From NCBI GenBank assembly GCA_030390025.1, contig CM059433.1:6448001-6512000 (forward strand): 64,000 nucleotides of DNA, given 5' to 3'. The notes beneath the pieces were generated by a model. That model was not told the origin of the DNA, did not search any database, and saw nothing but the letters and a program-made list of their open reading frames with translations. The stretch is from Squalus acanthias (taxonomy: Eukaryota). The position numbers and the translations under genes were made by a program. Each line of letters opens with the position of its first letter. Positions within the stretch are counted from its first letter, which is position 1. Positions 59,783 to 64,000 of the stretch are shown piece by piece.

Positions 59783-60232
59783 GATGAAAGTGTATGGTGT
59801 GCCATTTCAAACATAGCTTTATGCTGCTTTGAAGATCTACCTCAGTGGGAGGTTTCAGTGTGATGGCAGGTTGCTCCACCTTAATAGAAGACTTTTGACA
59901 CACCTATGGCACTGTACCACTTTGTGTTCACTTATAACATGGCTCTGTAACTACTGCCAGCACTCCAACCCCTGTGCTAATTGGCTGTTCCTGTCTACTA
60001 CCTCCCACTTTTTCACTCCTCGGAGATGACTTGGGTGTGCATGGCATCTCTCTGAAAGGCAGGAGGTGGCCTTATCTGTGCCGCCTTCTCCTGCCATGCC
60101 CCAGCTGCTAAGTGCCTCTTACAGATGAGGAGGGTTCTGAGAGTAAACAGACAAAGGCAGGAAAAAAAACTATCAGATCATATCATATCATTTAGTCTAA
60201 AATTAGTAGTCCATTTTATTTACAAGAGTTTT

Positions 60233-61040
60233 GGGGGGAAAAATTGGGTATCGCCCATTTTGGGGCGCTAATATCGGCCGGGCGCAAAGTTTAGCGCCCG
60301 GTGCTAATTATCGCCTCCGACTGCAAAATTCGCCTCTATCGCCCCATGGAGGTGATTTGAGCGTTAAATCAGGCGCTACACACCTCTCTTAAGGCGCAAA
60401 CATCAGGGAGCGAGGCGCTACCTCAGAACACTACCGAAGCTCAGGCGATGTCCGTTACCATGGTAGCCAGACAGCCTGGCGCCATCCAGTTCTTAAAGGG
60501 GAGGGGCCATCTTGCTGGCCAGCCACACCCTACTCATTGCAGCCTTGAATCTCGGCCTGGAGAGACCTCAAAAGCAATTGTGTTGGAAGCAGTAATGAAT
60601 AGGCCCAGGGAAAGAGCTCGGCACTTAGGAACCTCAAAAGTGGTGCTGAGGGCCAAAACTCCTTAGGACAGCGTTAAAACCAAAAATTTTGCTGACAAGA
60701 AAAGGCAGGAAGTGCCCGGCTTTAAATAGCGCTCCCCCAGCCCCTTCCCGACTTGAAAACATTCCCCTCTACCTGTCGTTCCTAGCGGCAGGCGCTAAGG
60801 CAAGGGCCGCGACTCAATATCCGGTCTGGGGCGCTACTGGGGCGTTGCACGCTTGACTGATGTCACGATCTGCGGGCGCAGGAGATCGTGGCGGTAGTGT
60901 TTAGCGCTGCCGCAAAACAACTGGTCAATTTCGCGAGCAGCGCTAAAATCGCCTCGCTCGGGCACTAAGTTCCTAGCGCCCCGTTAGTGCCCCCCCCAGA
61001 GGCGCTAACGGGAGGCGCTAAGCAACCGAATTTCTCCCCC
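60233..61040 (+). mobile_element. MITE family M, variant subfamily
   Basis: TIRs gggggaaaaattgg / ccgaatttctccccc. Colinear with 41205-42075 but with a shorter, different centre. Confidence 0.88.
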
Positions 61041-61549
61041 TATAAATCTACACAGAAGTAAAAGAACTTAGCAAATAATCAGTTATACTATCAGCTAGAT
61101 TTACAAAATGCTTTAAATCGTTCCAAAAATAATAAAAGCTACAATATCTTCAGTGCCCTATTCAGAATCTTTGATGAGTGTAACGTGGGCACTAGAGCGG
61201 CATGAAGTTCTTCTCACTGCTGCAATGTGGAAACAAGCAAACAAGGAATTCAAGATACAGGGAATGTAGCAGCAATTATAGCATTGCAAAGACACATTTT
61301 AAGAACAGGTCAGAGAAGCTCTTTCCTACTTGGAGGGAGACAATCATGTTATTCATTGATTTTACCACTCAGGTAGCTACAGCGTGAACAACAAACTTCA
61401 CATCATTCTGGTGGGTTTCAATTGCATTTGGTACGTGACTTCTATTTCAAATAGCTTCAACAAGCCAAGTGTCGGAAAGGTGTCCTCAAATATTGAATAC
61501 ATGACTAAACATTTCAAAGACAGGATTGAATTTCAGATGTGATTGACCA

Positions 61550-62090
61550 CAACAAGAAGTTGCATTTATAGAGTGCCTTTAATGCAGAACAAACACCCAA
61601 AGCCCTTCACAGAGACATAATCAATTAATCAATAAACCAAAGAGGGAGATATTAGAAGGGATGACCAAAAGATTGGAAAAAGAGGTAGATTTGAAGAAGG
61701 GTCTTAAAGGTAATGGAGAGGGAGGTAGAGAGGGGGATGGATTTAGATAGAAAATCCCAGAGCTCCCAATTGCAGGGGGTGGGGGATGAAGGGAGAAGGG
61801 AATGCACACGGTACTGGAGTCAGAAGAACAGAGAATTCAGGGGAGTGGGGCTTTGCAGCACTGGAGGAAGTTACAGAGATAGGGAGGAGGAAGGCGAAGA
61901 AGGGATTTAAACACAACAGTGAGAATTAAACATTTGAGGGCATTAAAGGACAAAGAACCAAAGTAGATCATCAGGAATAGTGGAGATGGGCAAGCGGGAC
62001 TTGGCTCAGGATAAGATTTGGGGAGCAGTGTTTTGGGTGAGCTGAAGTTTAAGGAGGGTGGAGGATGGGAGAGAGCATTGGAATTAGGCT
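61550..62090 (-). mobile_element. Old L2 LINE 3' fragment
   Basis: Tail acaacaagaagttgcatttatagagtgcctttaa and similarity to 27345-27850. Confidence 0.75.
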
Positions 62091-62911
62091 TCCCTCTGAG
62101 AAACAGGATGTCCCAAATAGCCTTCCATTGAAGTATAGATATTCCTGAACAGTATTTCCACATCGTCCTTTCCTCAAAAAGACAAAGAAACTCTTGTTAA
62201 AAGAAATCTACTTGAAGTAATAACGCATGTTATCTTAAAAAGTAGAAAAAATAAAATACAGAATAGTTTTACTATTAGATAATTGACAGTGCTCTGCTTC
62301 TATCACATACCTCTAGTAAAGATCAAATCTATAAAATTACACACACACACACACAGGGTCTCCTGTGGCGTTACTTATAATGAGTCAGATAATATGCTGA
62401 TTTATAACAATAGGGATGTCATCAACAAAGTGTGATGGGAAAAGTGTTACATGAAGTATGTGAGATATTTACCAGAAGTGCACACTATACACAAAAACCA
62501 TTATATATACACTCTACATCAGAGACATTGTATTTCACAGTCACTTTCTTTTATGGCACCTAATGGAATATATCTCTAAAACAATTTGTGTATGTGACTG
62601 AACGGCGAGCTTTTGACTTTGTCACTTGTGCGTCGTGCAGTAAAGCTCTCCACAATATGTAAATATTGTGTCGCAATGACCCGTGCCGTTCATTTCAATG
62701 CTTGTGTAATTCTGAAATTTACATTTCTGATGAATTGCACTGCTCGGGGCAAGAGGTGCAAGTAGAGAAATTGAATATATTTTTTCCACTTCCATGTCAG
62801 CATCATATATTCCCATGTAGAACAGGGCCAGATTCAGCACAAAGCTGCCTCAAGAGTATGCCTGAAACTCAATCTTAGAACAAAGGTATAATCTTACCAT
62901 TTACCACACCC

Positions 62912-63747
62912 GGGACTGGATTTTGCCAATGGGGAGCTTTTGGAGGCGGGACTCCCACTTGTCGGGTTTCAGTCCCGCCTCCATCAACTTCTAGCCAACC
63001 CACGCTATTTTCCCTTGATTGACCTTGTTCAGCCCGCCCAGCGGGCTCAGCAGGCCAATTAAGGGGAAGCCGGTTACAGAGAACGTCAGCGTATGACATT
63101 TCATCTGTCAAATATTTTTGACAGATGAATTGTCATCGTTTGACAGCTCTGTGAAGCTGTCAAACACTGACATTCTCTGTAGTTTGATGAGTTCTTGAAT
63201 TCAAGACTCATCAAACCTCTTTCTTTTGCAGAAATGAGATGGTTGTTGCATTGGAGAATGCAACGGCCATCTGTCATCTCTACCGCGGAGGTGCGAGACT
63301 CTCCTCATCCCCACCGGCTGAAGCCTGCAGGAAGAAACAAAGGTAAGTAAACTTTTTCTGACACTTGGCACTTACCTCAGATACTCACCTCTCCACACTT
63401 GCACCCATCACTCACCTCCACAGCGCACTTTTGCACCCCTCCGACCCCCGCAGACCCACTACTCGCCTCAGTGACCCTGGCAGATTTCGGAGCCTTCGGG
63501 AAGCCCTCACTTGTGTGGGTAAAATGGGGATAATCTTATTTTCTGCCTGTTACCTACCTGTTAACAGGCAGTTAAGTGGCTGTAATCCCCTTCCCACCTC
63601 CAAGGAGACGGGACCCGGCGCGGGACGGCTACCCGCCTCCTGGCAAGATGGCACGGAGGCGGGTTGGGGGCGGGTTGGGCACTCGCCCCCAGATTCTGCC
63701 GTTTTCCCGGCAGTCCCACCTCCCCAGGGCTGGCAAAATCCAGCCCC
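62912..63747 (+). mobile_element. MITE family T (structured core), copy 2
   Basis: TIRs gggactggattttgcca / tggcaaaatccagcccc. Colinear with 37362-38159. Confidence 0.88.
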
Positions 63748-64000
63748 AGCTTTCTGAATGAGATTGCCAGTTTAGTATTAAAAAAATGTCAAATTCTATG
63801 CTCTTTGTGCGAGGAACTAGATTCAAAGTTGGGGTAAGATTGCTCTGAGAGAAAAGATTTTCATCCCATCAAATTGGGGTAAATTCAGGAAGCGTTTTTA
63901 CAAACTGTCACCACCCCAGTCCCCTTTACAGGCAATTCTGGAATATAAATCTTTGGTTCGATCTTTTACTGGAAGCACTCTACCTCCAGGTTTTATTTCC

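Overview
This is eukaryotic vertebrate DNA, most likely from a shark or other elasmobranch (inferred from HE1-type V-SINEs, SacSINE1-like DeuSINEs and the CR1 families). It is almost entirely repeats, and no host protein-coding gene could be identified with confidence. Contents: about 20 CR1/L2/RTE LINE fragments; tRNA-derived SINEs; several PIF/Harbinger DNA transposon derivatives, one with a spliced Myb/SANT-like gene, plus HARBI1-type transposase relics and their MITEs; a 3.3 kb 16-bp minisatellite; and 11 insertions from two Penelope-like element (PLE) families. Most notable: (1) minimal hammerhead-ribozyme motifs with compensatory stem changes at the PLE termini; (2) a palindrome with 423-bp arms in which an inverted PLE-terminus pair is accompanied by an inverted copy of about 290 bp of flanking DNA, plus three smaller fold-back duplications; (3) a two-copy MITE whose core is a T-shaped three-way junction, more hairpins and a splice-site-bounded 111-nt segment; (4) a minisatellite that appears to have grown out of a MITE sub-terminal motif. 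Family names come from motif recognition, not database searches. Boundaries of degraded repeats are approximate.
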